Of a stretch of 64,000 bases of DNA, positions 39,451 through 48,582 are shown piece after piece. The position numbers and the translations under genes were made by a program. The notes under the pieces are model-generated. The model saw only the letters and a program-made list of their open reading frames with translations. It made no database searches and had not been told where the DNA came from. This stretch comes from Candidatus Poribacteria bacterium. Its GTDB lineage: Bacteria > Poribacteria > WGA-4E > WGA-3G. Where the stretch lies: assembly GCA_965197475.1 (NCBI GenBank), contig CBDANF010000002.1, positions 1,312,001-1,376,000 of the forward strand, in the 5' to 3' direction. Position 1 is the stretch's first letter; every line of letters begins with the position of its first letter.

Positions 39451-39666
39451 TTATCTCCTAAAATAGCCCAGATTCCAATCCTCATGCGGATGATTGACTT
39501 ATATCCTCGTATTCTGTGGTTGCAAGGCACAATGTCGTGCTAACTCAATATGATTATGTTGTAATTTATGTTAAAAGTCAATAAAAATCGGTAATTACGG
39601 TAAGTAGGAGCGATCGCCAAATCGCGATACATTGTCTGAACAAGGATTCACAGTAAGACGTGTTGT

Positions 39667-42135
39667 TTACTCTTTCGGATTAAAGAGTTCTGGATCAATT
39701 TCAGCGTTGATGATAACGTTGCTGAAATGTGATTCATGGTGTGAGTTATCCTTTGTAATCGACTGATACGGAAGCATGATACCGTCCACATCCTTGTATT
39801 GCCCAAAGATTTTCAATACGTTCATTTGTTCCCCTTCAATCTCAAGCTGCACAAGATAGTGTGTTTTGTCGCTAATAAAGATTTTGAGTGATGCCCCGGA
39901 AGGTTGCTTAACACGCAGCACCGATGCGGTTCCATCTTTCACATTCTCTGTTCCCACATATTGCACAGGAACCTTGTTTTGCGCCAGCGTTTTCAGCAGC
40001 CATATCGGTTCACGGAACGCCATATCTTTATCGCCCTTAATTTGCGCTTTCTCTTGTTCAGCGGGCATTCGTTGAAATGTATCGCCGACCCCTATGTATA
40101 TCGCTTCACCGTCAGATAAAATGGTGTACTGTTCATTCTTGGTTGTATAGAAATCGGATCGATACTTATCAGGGTATAGGTATGCTTTCCCGCCGCCATA
40201 CATTTGCAGAGAACCATCTGGACGCCCTTGAAAGAGCTGATAATCCCGCACCATGTTTTTCACAGCGATTAGTTTTTCACGCCCGCCGTGTGCTGCAACT
40301 GCCTTTGAGACAATATCTTCGGCTTTTGGGTCTGTGTTTTCCGCATCAGTATTTTCCGCAGGGTTCTCAAACCTCACATCGGAAGATAGCAACATCTTTG
40401 TGGAAGACTTCGGACTAAAGAGTTCGGGGTCAATTTCAGCGTTGAGGGTGACTTCGGTAAAAAATATTTCATTCTGCCACTTGTGCTTTTCGATCCAATG
40501 ATGCACAAATTGAATGCCGTCTACATCCTTATACTGCTCTAAAGATATAACTGTGTTTTCGGGTCCGTCTGCAACCTCAACCTCAAACTGCAACTGCACA
40601 ACATAGTTTGTTTTTTGACTGATAAAGATTTTGATCGGTTTCCCTGAAGGTTGCTTAACACGCAGCACCGAAGCAGGCGCACCTTTGACATTCTTTGTTC
40701 CCAAATATTGCACAGGTATCTCGTTTTGAGCGAGGGTAGGCAACAGCCACATCGGTTGACGGAACAACACATCTTTATGGATCTCAATTTGAGATTTAGC
40801 TTCCGCAGGGGACATCTGTTCAAATTTTTCGCCTTTTGACGTATATATTGAGGTGCCATCAAATAAAAAGGTGGATGCCTCTTCTGCATTGTCAGTGTAG
40901 GCTTCGATGCGTAATTTATCACGATAAAAGACACTTTTGCCGCGCTTACCTTCTTCAATAGAACTATCCGAACGGCGTCTAAATACACGATAATTCATCA
41001 CAATGTTTTTCACTACTTGTAGTTTTTCAAGTCCGCCGTGTGCTGCAACCGCCGCCGCGATAATCTCTTTTGTTCTCGGATCAGCGTATGTTGCGAGATT
41101 TTCCGTGACCAGTTCATCTACTGCTTTTTCAAGGGCGGCCCCGGTGAGATGTGTCTTTCGGATAACGCCTTCACTATCAATCAGAAAGACAGCGGGAAGC
41201 GCGCGCACCTGATACATATCAACAAGTTTTGCTACACTGACTTGAGTATGAATCCGTGTGGTTTCCTCATTGTCTGCAGCATCTAAAACAGAGGGGTTCA
41301 ACGGGTCTACGTTGATATTGATAATCTGAAACCGTTGGTCTTTGTATTTTTCATGAACCTGTTTCAGAATTGGCGTGTCCGATGCGCCAAAATAAAGCAA
41401 CACCACCTGTCCCCAGCATAGATGCAAGGCGTGCCATTTACTTGTCATATCCTCCAACCAAAAATTGGGTGCCTGTTGACCTATCCATGCGTTGTGAACT
41501 TTGGGGATTTCACCTGTTCGTAAAACGCTACCAAGTTCAAGCATCCGCCGCGCAATCCGTGCCTGCAACCCGCCTGCAAACTTCGGATGCGTTATCAGTT
41601 TTCTATAGACCGCATCTGCTTTATCGTGCTGGTTGTGTTTGTCATGTGCCAACCCTAATTCCAGCAAACCCCGTTCAAGCGGGCTCCACCTTAACTTGTC
41701 CCACATTCTATCAGGATAATGCGTCACAACGATACGATCTGGCGTGGAATCCTTTATCAGTTTTTCAAGGACAGTGATTCCTGTTTCAATACGTCCTAAT
41801 TGCACCGACGCTCTGCCAAGATAGTAGTAGACTGCATCTATCTGTTCAGATGATGGATACGTATTGATAAAGTCGTTTGACATCGTAACCAACGTCTCTA
41901 ATAGTTCAGGATCGGTTGGGTCGGTGAGGTGCTTCATAAATGCGTGTATCGCTGTAATCGAAAGCGCGTTATATGCTTTATCCGTGGCACGTTCATCAAG
42001 GTTCCTTGGATTCACCTCGACATTTGCATCTAACTGCTGCGCATTGGTCGTGTTGACACTAAAGACAACTATCATCAGTAGTGTCAGAACACTGCTCAGC
42101 CATATACCCAATCTTATTTGTTTTCGGAAAAACAT
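39667..42135 (-). CDS. Exported multidomain protein: TPR-like, redoxin-fold (no CxxC) and two LolA-like/outer-membrane-sorting-like domains
   Basis: SD GGAGG before ATG 42135; IGQQAPNF...YQVRALPAVFLIDSEG; duplicated AVAAHGG.EKL...YKDVDGI...NAEIDPELF domains. Confidence 0.75.
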   Translation of the reverse strand: MFFRKQIRLGIWLSSVLTLLMIVVFSVNTTNAQQLDANVEVNPRNLDERATDKAYNALSITAIHAFMKHLTDPTDPELLETLVTMSNDFINTYPSSEQIDAVYYYLGRASVQLGRIETGITVLEKLIKDSTPDRIVVTHYPDRMWDKLRWSPLERGLLELGLAHDKHNQHDKADAVYRKLITHPKFAGGLQARIARRMLELGSVLRTGEIPKVHNAWIGQQAPNFWLEDMTSKWHALHLCWGQVVLLYFGASDTPILKQVHEKYKDQRFQIININVDPLNPSVLDAADNEETTRIHTQVSVAKLVDMYQVRALPAVFLIDSEGVIRKTHLTGAALEKAVDELVTENLATYADPRTKEIIAAAVAAHGGLEKLQVVKNIVMNYRVFRRRSDSSIEEGKRGKSVFYRDKLRIEAYTDNAEEASTFLFDGTSIYTSKGEKFEQMSPAEAKSQIEIHKDVLFRQPMWLLPTLAQNEIPVQYLGTKNVKGAPASVLRVKQPSGKPIKIFISQKTNYVVQLQFEVEVADGPENTVISLEQYKDVDGIQFVHHWIEKHKWQNEIFFTEVTLNAEIDPELFSPKSSTKMLLSSDVRFENPAENTDAENTDPKAEDIVSKAVAAHGGREKLIAVKNMVRDYQLFQGRPDGSLQMYGGGKAYLYPDKYRSDFYTTKNEQYTILSDGEAIYIGVGDTFQRMPAEQEKAQIKGDKDMAFREPIWLLKTLAQNKVPVQYVGTENVKDGTASVLRVKQPSGASLKIFISDKTHYLVQLEIEGEQMNVLKIFGQYKDVDGIMLPYQSITKDNSHHESHFSNVIINAEIDPELFNPKE

Positions 42136-42160
42136 CGTGACACCTCCGTAAGTGCACATT

Positions 42161-42820
42161 TTAGTCATCAATCGGTGTTAAAATGACATTGCGGTAAGCA
42201 ACAGGACCGTGATCACCCTGCAACAATAAGGGACCCGTAGCCGCTTCATCTGCCAACATCGCCCCGCGCGTAACCCCTGCCACCTCAACGTTCTCGTGAA
42301 CTACCTGTCCATTCCACACGACTTTGACAAAGGTAGCATTGGCAGTTTTATTGTTGTTCGCATCAAACTGCGGTGCGCGGAAGGTAATATCATACGTTTG
42401 CCATTTACCCGGCGGTTTGCTTGCATTGACACGCGGCGGAACGCCGTCGACCGGTTTATTGTCAATCCAACGACAATAAACACCTCCGCATGTCCCATAG
42501 TGTAGTTCCGTTGCGCCCCAACTATCTAATATCTGAATCTCATACCTACCCATTACGTAAACACCCGAGTTTGAACCTTGCGGCACCATAAATTCGACGT
42601 GCAGTTCGCAATCACCATGTTCATATTCTGTATAGAGATCGGCTGTTCGTCCTGTGGGACCGTTGTAAAAAATGCCTTCCCCAGGAGTCGCTGCTAACAA
42701 CTTATTGTCGTCTGGATTGAGCGCGACATCACCAATAGCAGACCATGCATGTTCCGAGGCACCACCTCTGGCTAACCAACCTCCCATATTCTTACCATTA
42801 AATAGAGCAACTTGCGACAT
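42161..42820 (-). CDS. DUF1080 (3-keto-disaccharide hydrolase-like) protein
   Basis: LFNGKNMGGW; NSGVY; YEIQILDS; LQGDHGPVAYRN. Confidence 0.9.
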   Translation of the reverse strand: MSQVALFNGKNMGGWLARGGASEHAWSAIGDVALNPDDNKLLAATPGEGIFYNGPTGRTADLYTEYEHGDCELHVEFMVPQGSNSGVYVMGRYEIQILDSWGATELHYGTCGGVYCRWIDNKPVDGVPPRVNASKPPGKWQTYDITFRAPQFDANNNKTANATFVKVVWNGQVVHENVEVAGVTRGAMLADEAATGPLLLQGDHGPVAYRNVILTPIDD

Positions 42821-42983
42821 AAGAATCCCTCCTACGTAAATATGTTATATACCAAAAACTTTTCATTGACAAAATTTGTAAAATGACATAATCTTATCAT
42901 GAATAAAATTATTATAGTAAAGTTTGTAATTATTGAGATACTGCCATAGCGTACTTACTTTCTACAAGGATAATCTAAAGTCT

Positions 42984-43919
42984 ATGAAACAAGCATTCTT
43001 ATTTCTATTTTTATCCCTACTGATGGGGACACTTGTTGTTTTCAAAATTGCGACAATCCAAGCAGATACGACAGATGCACAGAAAAACACCTCACAGGAT
43101 AAAAAAACACCTTTTACCGAAGGGTGCAATAAATGTCACGGAGACGAAAACGCCTTTAAAGAATGGACTCAAGCAGGGCATTCACACGCGCTTGTCAACC
43201 TCCTTGAAGGACCTTATGAGGTAAAAACGTCTTGTCTGAGTTGCCATTCCTCTGGGTATACCATGTTTGCCGAGCGAGGCATTCCAGGACACCCGTATAA
43301 CGAAAAGACAGCCGTGAATGCAGTTGCTTGCTCTTCTTGCCATTCCCACGCCAGCAAAGAAGAACATTTGTTGGTAATACCAGCAAAAAAATTATGTGTC
43401 ACCTGCCACAAAATGGACTGTGGGTGTGCTGGTGCTGGCATTGTCCACCAATCGCAAGCAGAGATGTTCTTAGGACGTGAAGGCGCAGGCGTTAAACGGA
43501 TGCCATCACCACACGTGCGTGCCATGAAAAAACGGTGTGTCCACTGCCACATGGCAAAAGATGATATGAAAACTGTAGCAAAGGACGATCAAAAAAAAGA
43601 CGACAAAGAAGCTGTGGCAAAACATGGCGGTCATACCTTTAAAGCAGACTTTTCGACTTGTAGCAACGCAGGATGTCATGATAGTGCTGACAACGATATG
43701 GCTGTGAAACTTCCAACATATCGCACTGAAATTGAGGCAAAAATGAAAACTGTCAAAACAATGCTGGACAATGCAGAAGACAAAACATCCCAAGCCTATA
43801 TTGACGCAAAGTTGAACTACGACATGGTTAAAGGTGACAGCGGTTATGGACTACACAATATTCCGTATGCCCGCGCGCTGTTAGACCATAACCTATCTCT
43901 AAAACCGGAGATAAAATAG
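42984..43919 (+). CDS. Periplasmic multiheme c-type cytochrome
   Basis: Signal peptide; five CxxCH motifs (CNKCH, CLSCH, CSSCH, CVTCH, CVHCH) plus CSNAGCH; C-terminal DSGYGLHN helical region. Confidence 0.85.
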   Translation: MKQAFLFLFLSLLMGTLVVFKIATIQADTTDAQKNTSQDKKTPFTEGCNKCHGDENAFKEWTQAGHSHALVNLLEGPYEVKTSCLSCHSSGYTMFAERGIPGHPYNEKTAVNAVACSSCHSHASKEEHLLVIPAKKLCVTCHKMDCGCAGAGIVHQSQAEMFLGREGAGVKRMPSPHVRAMKKRCVHCHMAKDDMKTVAKDDQKKDDKEAVAKHGGHTFKADFSTCSNAGCHDSADNDMAVKLPTYRTEIEAKMKTVKTMLDNAEDKTSQAYIDAKLNYDMVKGDSGYGLHNIPYARALLDHNLSLKPEIK

Positions 43920-43964
43920 CAGGCACATTCCGTCGTGCCGTAGCATTGCCACAAGGGTTGAACT

Positions 43965-44801
43965 TCAACCAGCACTATTCAGTGCCGATTTCAACGGGAC
44001 GTCCTTATCTTGCGGGATATAAAAACTCAGTGGATCGCTAACAACACCGATGAGTTGCTTCTGAATCGGATTACATTTGGCGACCAATTCATCCGGCATT
44101 TGTATATAATCCATCGGTTTGACCCAACGGTAGGCATATCCCATAAAAATAGTTTTGCGGGGGAAACCCGACCAATTATGTCCGATGCCATGATACGTCC
44201 GTTGTTCAAAGAGGAAAGCATCACCAGCATTGACGTTCATAGAAATCGCGCCGCGTGCCCAACCTGTTTCAGGATCACGGGCGGGCATGCCTGTTAATCG
44301 GTTGCTTCCTGGCACTAATACCGTCGCACCTGAAGCAGGATTAGACTGGTCGCTGATAGCATACGCTATTTTGAGTAGAATGCGCGGATGCGGTTCTTGC
44401 ATCTCCTTATATGACGTTCCACCATCACGGTGAAGCCCAATGTGGTTTTTTACATTGTCAGCCGGTTCCTCTTTCGAAGGCAAGACAATCAGATGTGACG
44501 TAATCATCTGGATGTTCCAATTCAATACCCCACAAGCGAGGGGAAATGTCTTATTCCAGTCAAGAAGTTGGAGAAATGCTTCATGATGCGTAATGCAATT
44601 GCGAAGATTCAACTTACCGCCTGCTTCCAAATTCCCTGCTGCCTCCTCTTTGGCATAAACTTCATCAACCGCAGCGTCAATTTCCGCCACAGCATCTGGG
44701 GATAGGGCGTTTTTAATTAAAAGATAACCATTGTTATCAACAAACTGTTTCTGCTCAGACGTAAGGACTACTGCTTCAGATAAATCGCTCATCGTTTCCA
44801 T
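43965..44801 (-). CDS. Phytanoyl-CoA dioxygenase (PhyH) family protein
   Basis: LTSEQKQFVDNNGYL; LHRD; VPGSN; GDAFLF...YHG...R. Confidence 0.9.
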   Translation of the reverse strand: METMSDLSEAVVLTSEQKQFVDNNGYLLIKNALSPDAVAEIDAAVDEVYAKEEAAGNLEAGGKLNLRNCITHHEAFLQLLDWNKTFPLACGVLNWNIQMITSHLIVLPSKEEPADNVKNHIGLHRDGGTSYKEMQEPHPRILLKIAYAISDQSNPASGATVLVPGSNRLTGMPARDPETGWARGAISMNVNAGDAFLFEQRTYHGIGHNWSGFPRKTIFMGYAYRWVKPMDYIQMPDELVAKCNPIQKQLIGVVSDPLSFYIPQDKDVPLKSALNSAG

Positions 44802-44870
44802 TTTTTCATCCTTTTTTAGACATGTCTAAATTCAATTTATGTAACTTCTATTTTGGACGCTAAAATGTCC

Positions 44871-45112
44871 TATAGTTTTACTAAAGTTTGGACATTTTCT
44901 GTCTGTTTCATGTTGTGTTCTCACGTATTTTCTATTTTTCTACGAGTTTTGTGCGGAGTTGTAACCCACAGAAAAACTATTATAGGTTCAGCAGAGGCAG
45001 CCCCAGCGGGGCGAAATGTTTATCAATAAATCTTATATTGATGCCTAAGGTGTTTCTATTGACCTTGACTATCACTCAAGAACTCTAAAAATTGTCCAAA
45101 GTATAGTAGTCT
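44871..45112. mobile_element. About 240-bp MITE with TACTAAAGTTTGGACA / TGTCCAAAGTATAGTA termini and an internal GCCCCAGCGGGGC palindrome
   Basis: Imperfect terminal IR; the right half is homologous to 16018-16134. Confidence 0.6.
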
Positions 45113-45209
45113 TAAAGTATACAAGGATTTACAAAAAATCTCAAGAAAATTTTAGACAACACCAGCGTTCTGGAACTCAAGGCGACAACGCGTAAGGTCG
45201 GAATCAAAA

Positions 45210-47306
45210 TTGACACCTACAACCTCACATCAAGTTTTACGGCAATCAGCAGGAAGCGGTCAACAGACTCCACATCGTGAACTAACAACACATGAACAAC
45301 AACACTTCGGTGCTACATGGCGTGCTATCTTAATCGGCACCGCACTTACTATTCCCAACGTCTATTGGATTTTGGATTCCGCGGGACAAGGATATCCAAC
45401 CACAATTTCGCTCTATTTTAATGTCATTTTTTGTATCTTCGTCTTTACAGGTGCGAATTTGGCATTGAAACGGGTAGTGCCGCGAGTGGCATTCCAACAA
45501 GGCGAATTGTTGACGATCTATGTCATGCTTGCTATTGCCTCCTCCTTGGCAGGGCACGATGTTCTCCGCGTCTTAATTCCGATGATCCCCTACGCTTTCT
45601 GGTATGCCACCCCCGAAAACGATTGGGCGCATCTATTTCACCGATATATTCCTGACTGGATAGCAGTCAAAGATAGAACATTTTTAACGGAGTATTACCG
45701 AGGCGAAGCCAGCTTATATAGTTGGGAAGTCATTGAAGAATGGATCACGACCACCCTAACTTGGGCAGGACTTACGCAATGTGTTTAAAAGTCCCCTTGA
45801 TAAGGGGGATTTTGGGGGTTAAAAGCACCAAATTCTGCCTATTTAACCCCCCTAACCCCCCTTATCAAGGGGGAATGCGTAAGTCCTGCTTGGGGTGGTT
45901 TTTTGTGCGCGCTCGTGTTCGTAATGGTTTTTATCAATACCCTCGTCCGCAAGCAATGGACAGAACATGAAAAACTGAGTTACCCGATTATTCAGCTTCC
46001 GCTTGAATTGACAAACGTCGGTAAAACAAACCTGCTGACAAATAGGATAATGTGGCTCGGATTTGGGATTGCAGGTGCGATTGATATCCTCAACGGGTTG
46101 CACTATCTTTTTCCGACTGTTCCGAGTCTCGGCGGTCGCCTCTACGATTTACGCCCATTTTTTACACAGAAACCGTGGAGCGCAATTGGATGGACTCCTG
46201 TGGCTGTATTTCCGTTTGCAGTCGGAATGGCGTTCTTTATTCCGTTGGATCTGTCATTTTCTTGCTGGTTCTTTTATCTGTTTTGGAAGGTAGAACGGAT
46301 TTTCGGGGATGCTTTGGGAATCAGGGGTATGCCGAATTTTCCGTTTACCGATGAGCAATCTTTTGGCGCGTATATCGGCTTATTCGTGATTGCTATAATC
46401 GCAACGCGAAAACACCTCGCACAGGTGGCACGCAAAATCTTTAAGCAGCGGGAAGGAAACGATTCTGACGAACCGATGTCTTATCGTGGCATGATAATTT
46501 GCCTCATCGGTAGTCTGATGTTCATCGGTATCTTTTGCAATGCCGCCGGAATGTCAGTATGGGCAATTATAGTTTTCTTCGGAATTTATTACGCAATTTC
46601 CACCGCTGTAACCCGCATGCGTGCTGAACTCGGTTCACCGGTACACGATTTACATTTCATCGGACCGGATGAGATGATGCCTCGCATCTTTGGAACGCGC
46701 CTGATCGGCCCACGAAACTTAACGATGCTCGCCTACCTCTTCTCTTTCAATCGCGCCTATCGTGGGCATCCGATGCCGCATATCCTGGAAGGTTTTAAAC
46801 TTGCTGAACGCACCCGAATTTCTAATCGCAGACTCCTTATCGCAATGTGTATTGCAATTGTTATCGGAACATTCGCATCATTTTGGGCATTTTATCATAT
46901 CTCATACATTGAAGGCGCACGCGATTGGTTCGCGGGTAGACCGTTTAACCGACTTCAAGGTTGGCTCTCTTCACCCAAAGTGCCCGATATTCCTGCGATT
47001 ATCGCTATAGGTGTCGGATTTCTGATAACCGGTTTCTTGATGATTATGCGGATACGGTTGTTTTGGTGGCCTTTTCATCCGGCGGGTTTCGCTATTTCAA
47101 GCAGTTGGTCGATGAATGTGTTTTGGTTCTCTATTTTCGTCAGTTCTGTTATCAAGTGGATTATTCTGAAACAAGGCGGGATGAATCTGCACCGTAAACT
47201 TATTCCGTTTTTCCTCGGGTTGATTCTCGATGAGTTTATTGTTGGGGGTGTCTGGAGTCTTATCGGTATTATGCTGGATACACCAATGTATCGCTTCCTG
47301 TTTTAG
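45210..47306 (+). pseudogene. Polytopic membrane protein (DUF6785-type, putative peptide transporter-like) interrupted by a MITE
   Basis: ORFs 45210..45788 and 45903..47306 are in the same frame; removing 45766-45894 gives a continuous 655-aa ORF (...TLTW|GGFLCALVF...); family motifs ELLTIYVM, RKQWTEHEKLSYP, WWPFHPAG. Confidence 0.85.
45766..45888. mobile_element. 123-bp MITE with 13-bp terminal IR and 6-bp target duplication
   Basis: CAGGACTTACGCA...TGCGTAAGTCCTG flanked by CTTGGG (45760-65 and 45889-94); near-identical copy at 54375. Confidence 0.92.
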
Positions 47307-47353
47307 GAAGTGGTGGTATGTGGAATCACACGACTAATCAGATTTCATTCATC

Positions 47354-47382
47354 TTGACTGAACAACCTAAATATGCTATAAT
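47354..47382 (+). promoter_or_regulatory. sigma70 promoter with extended -10
   Basis: TTGACT, 17-bp spacer, TATAAT preceded by TG. Confidence 0.6.
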
Positions 47383-47442
47383 GATAATAGCAACTTATCA
47401 AATCAAAAGACTATTGGTTGAATATTATAGTAAAACCTGTAA

Positions 47443-47975
47443 TTACTTATACACTTTTATAATATCATCAATAGAGGTCTCAGCGTTGTATTGACGTATC
47501 CGCTTGATGTTAGCGAAATCTTTCTCAATCGGATTCAACTCCGGTGAATACGGCGGTAAAAACAACAAACTCGCACCGCATTCCCGGATCAATGCTTCTG
47601 TTTGTGAACCTTTGTGGAAAGAGGCATTATCCATAATCACAACGTGGCTGTCGTCAAGCAAAGGACATAACATCTCCGAAAGCCATGCGTTGAAGGCAAC
47701 CGCATCGCAACTACCTTCGAAAAGCACAGGCACTGTGAAACATCCATCAAGACGTGCCGCAATCAAGGTTGTGGTGGTATACCGATGACTTGGCACTTTA
47801 TCTTCAACACGGACACCTTTCGGGCATAAGCATACCGACGGAAATCGGTTTCGGTGAAACCACTTTCGTCAAGATAAACCGGTTTTTTGCCATGCTCGTG
47901 TGTCTCTTGTTGAAGTGCCGAGAGATACTCTTGGCGTTTTACCGGACACTGTTCTTTGTAGGTCGTGGTCTTTTT
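47443..47975 (-). pseudogene. IS630 transposase OrfB (DDE) with an extra 1-bp frameshift
   Basis: KPVYLDESGF...YAYA frame breaks near 47822; one added C restores YAPKGVRVEDKVPSHRY. Confidence 0.75.
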
Positions 47976-48295
47976 TTTCGCGTGATATTGAGTTTTGCCA
48001 AGGCATAAAAGATGCCGTTTGTTGAAACACCGAAGTGTTTGGCACGTTCGGCGAGTGTGCTATCGGGAAAATCGGCAACATGTTGTTGAAGCGCATCATA
48101 ATCAATGTGTCGGGGCCCTTTGGTATCCGGCTTCTCATAGGCAAAGGGGTTTTCTGCTTCTAACCAGTTATAGATCGTCCTTCTTGAGACACCGAAGGTG
48201 CGTTTAGCAGCGGTTTTACTCCCACCGTTATTGATGAAATCAAGGACGCTTTTGCGTCCATCTGTTGAATATGCCATAATCATAAACGCTAACAT
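47939..48295 (-). CDS. IS630 transposase OrfA (HTH), -1 frameshift at A AAA AAG
   Basis: MAYSTD.RK..L; ...NITRKK followed by an A8G run at 47970-47978. Confidence 0.8.
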   Translation of the reverse strand: MLAFMIMAYSTDGRKSVLDFINNGGSKTAAKRTFGVSRRTIYNWLEAENPFAYEKPDTKGPRHIDYDALQQHVADFPDSTLAERAKHFGVSTNGIFYALAKLNITRKKRPRPTKNSVR

Positions 48296-48336
48296 AAATC
48301 TCAGAAAATGTAAACTTATTTTTGGGATCTACTATA

Positions 48337-48582
48337 ATTGCTGCCAATCTTAGAACCAATAGATTTGAAATAAAAACTGAAGAAAAAAACTATACTGGAG
48401 ATATCGCAGACGAAGTCTTTGAAACAGTGGATAACATAACACTAAATCTAAAATACGCTGCTGAGATTCAGGAAGTCACCGAACGAAGCGAAGCCACGGA
48501 TGAACTCACTAAACCGAAATACCTACTCCTAAGTCTTAAATTAGTTTCAAATGAACAAACTATACTTCGGCGACAACCTTGA
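48337..48582 (+). pseudogene. 3' remnant of a hypothetical gene next to the IS630 end
   Basis: Open frame IAANLRTNRFEI...KYLLLSL with no own start or SD. Confidence 0.4.

Larger units (their letters stand above)
47426..48336 (-). mobile_element. IS630-family insertion sequence
   Basis: TA-flanked imperfect IR (TATAGTA...TACTATA); orfA HTH plus orfB DDE (YLDESG, MDNASFH, LPPYSPELNPIE). Confidence 0.9.

Noticed and set aside
44888-45088. 66-aa ORF
   Set aside because: It lies entirely within a MITE and has no SD or domain.
45786-45788. Stop-codon readthrough or recoding joining the two membrane-protein ORFs
   Set aside because: The stop is TAA inside an inserted MITE with clear IR and TSD, so insertion explains the split.
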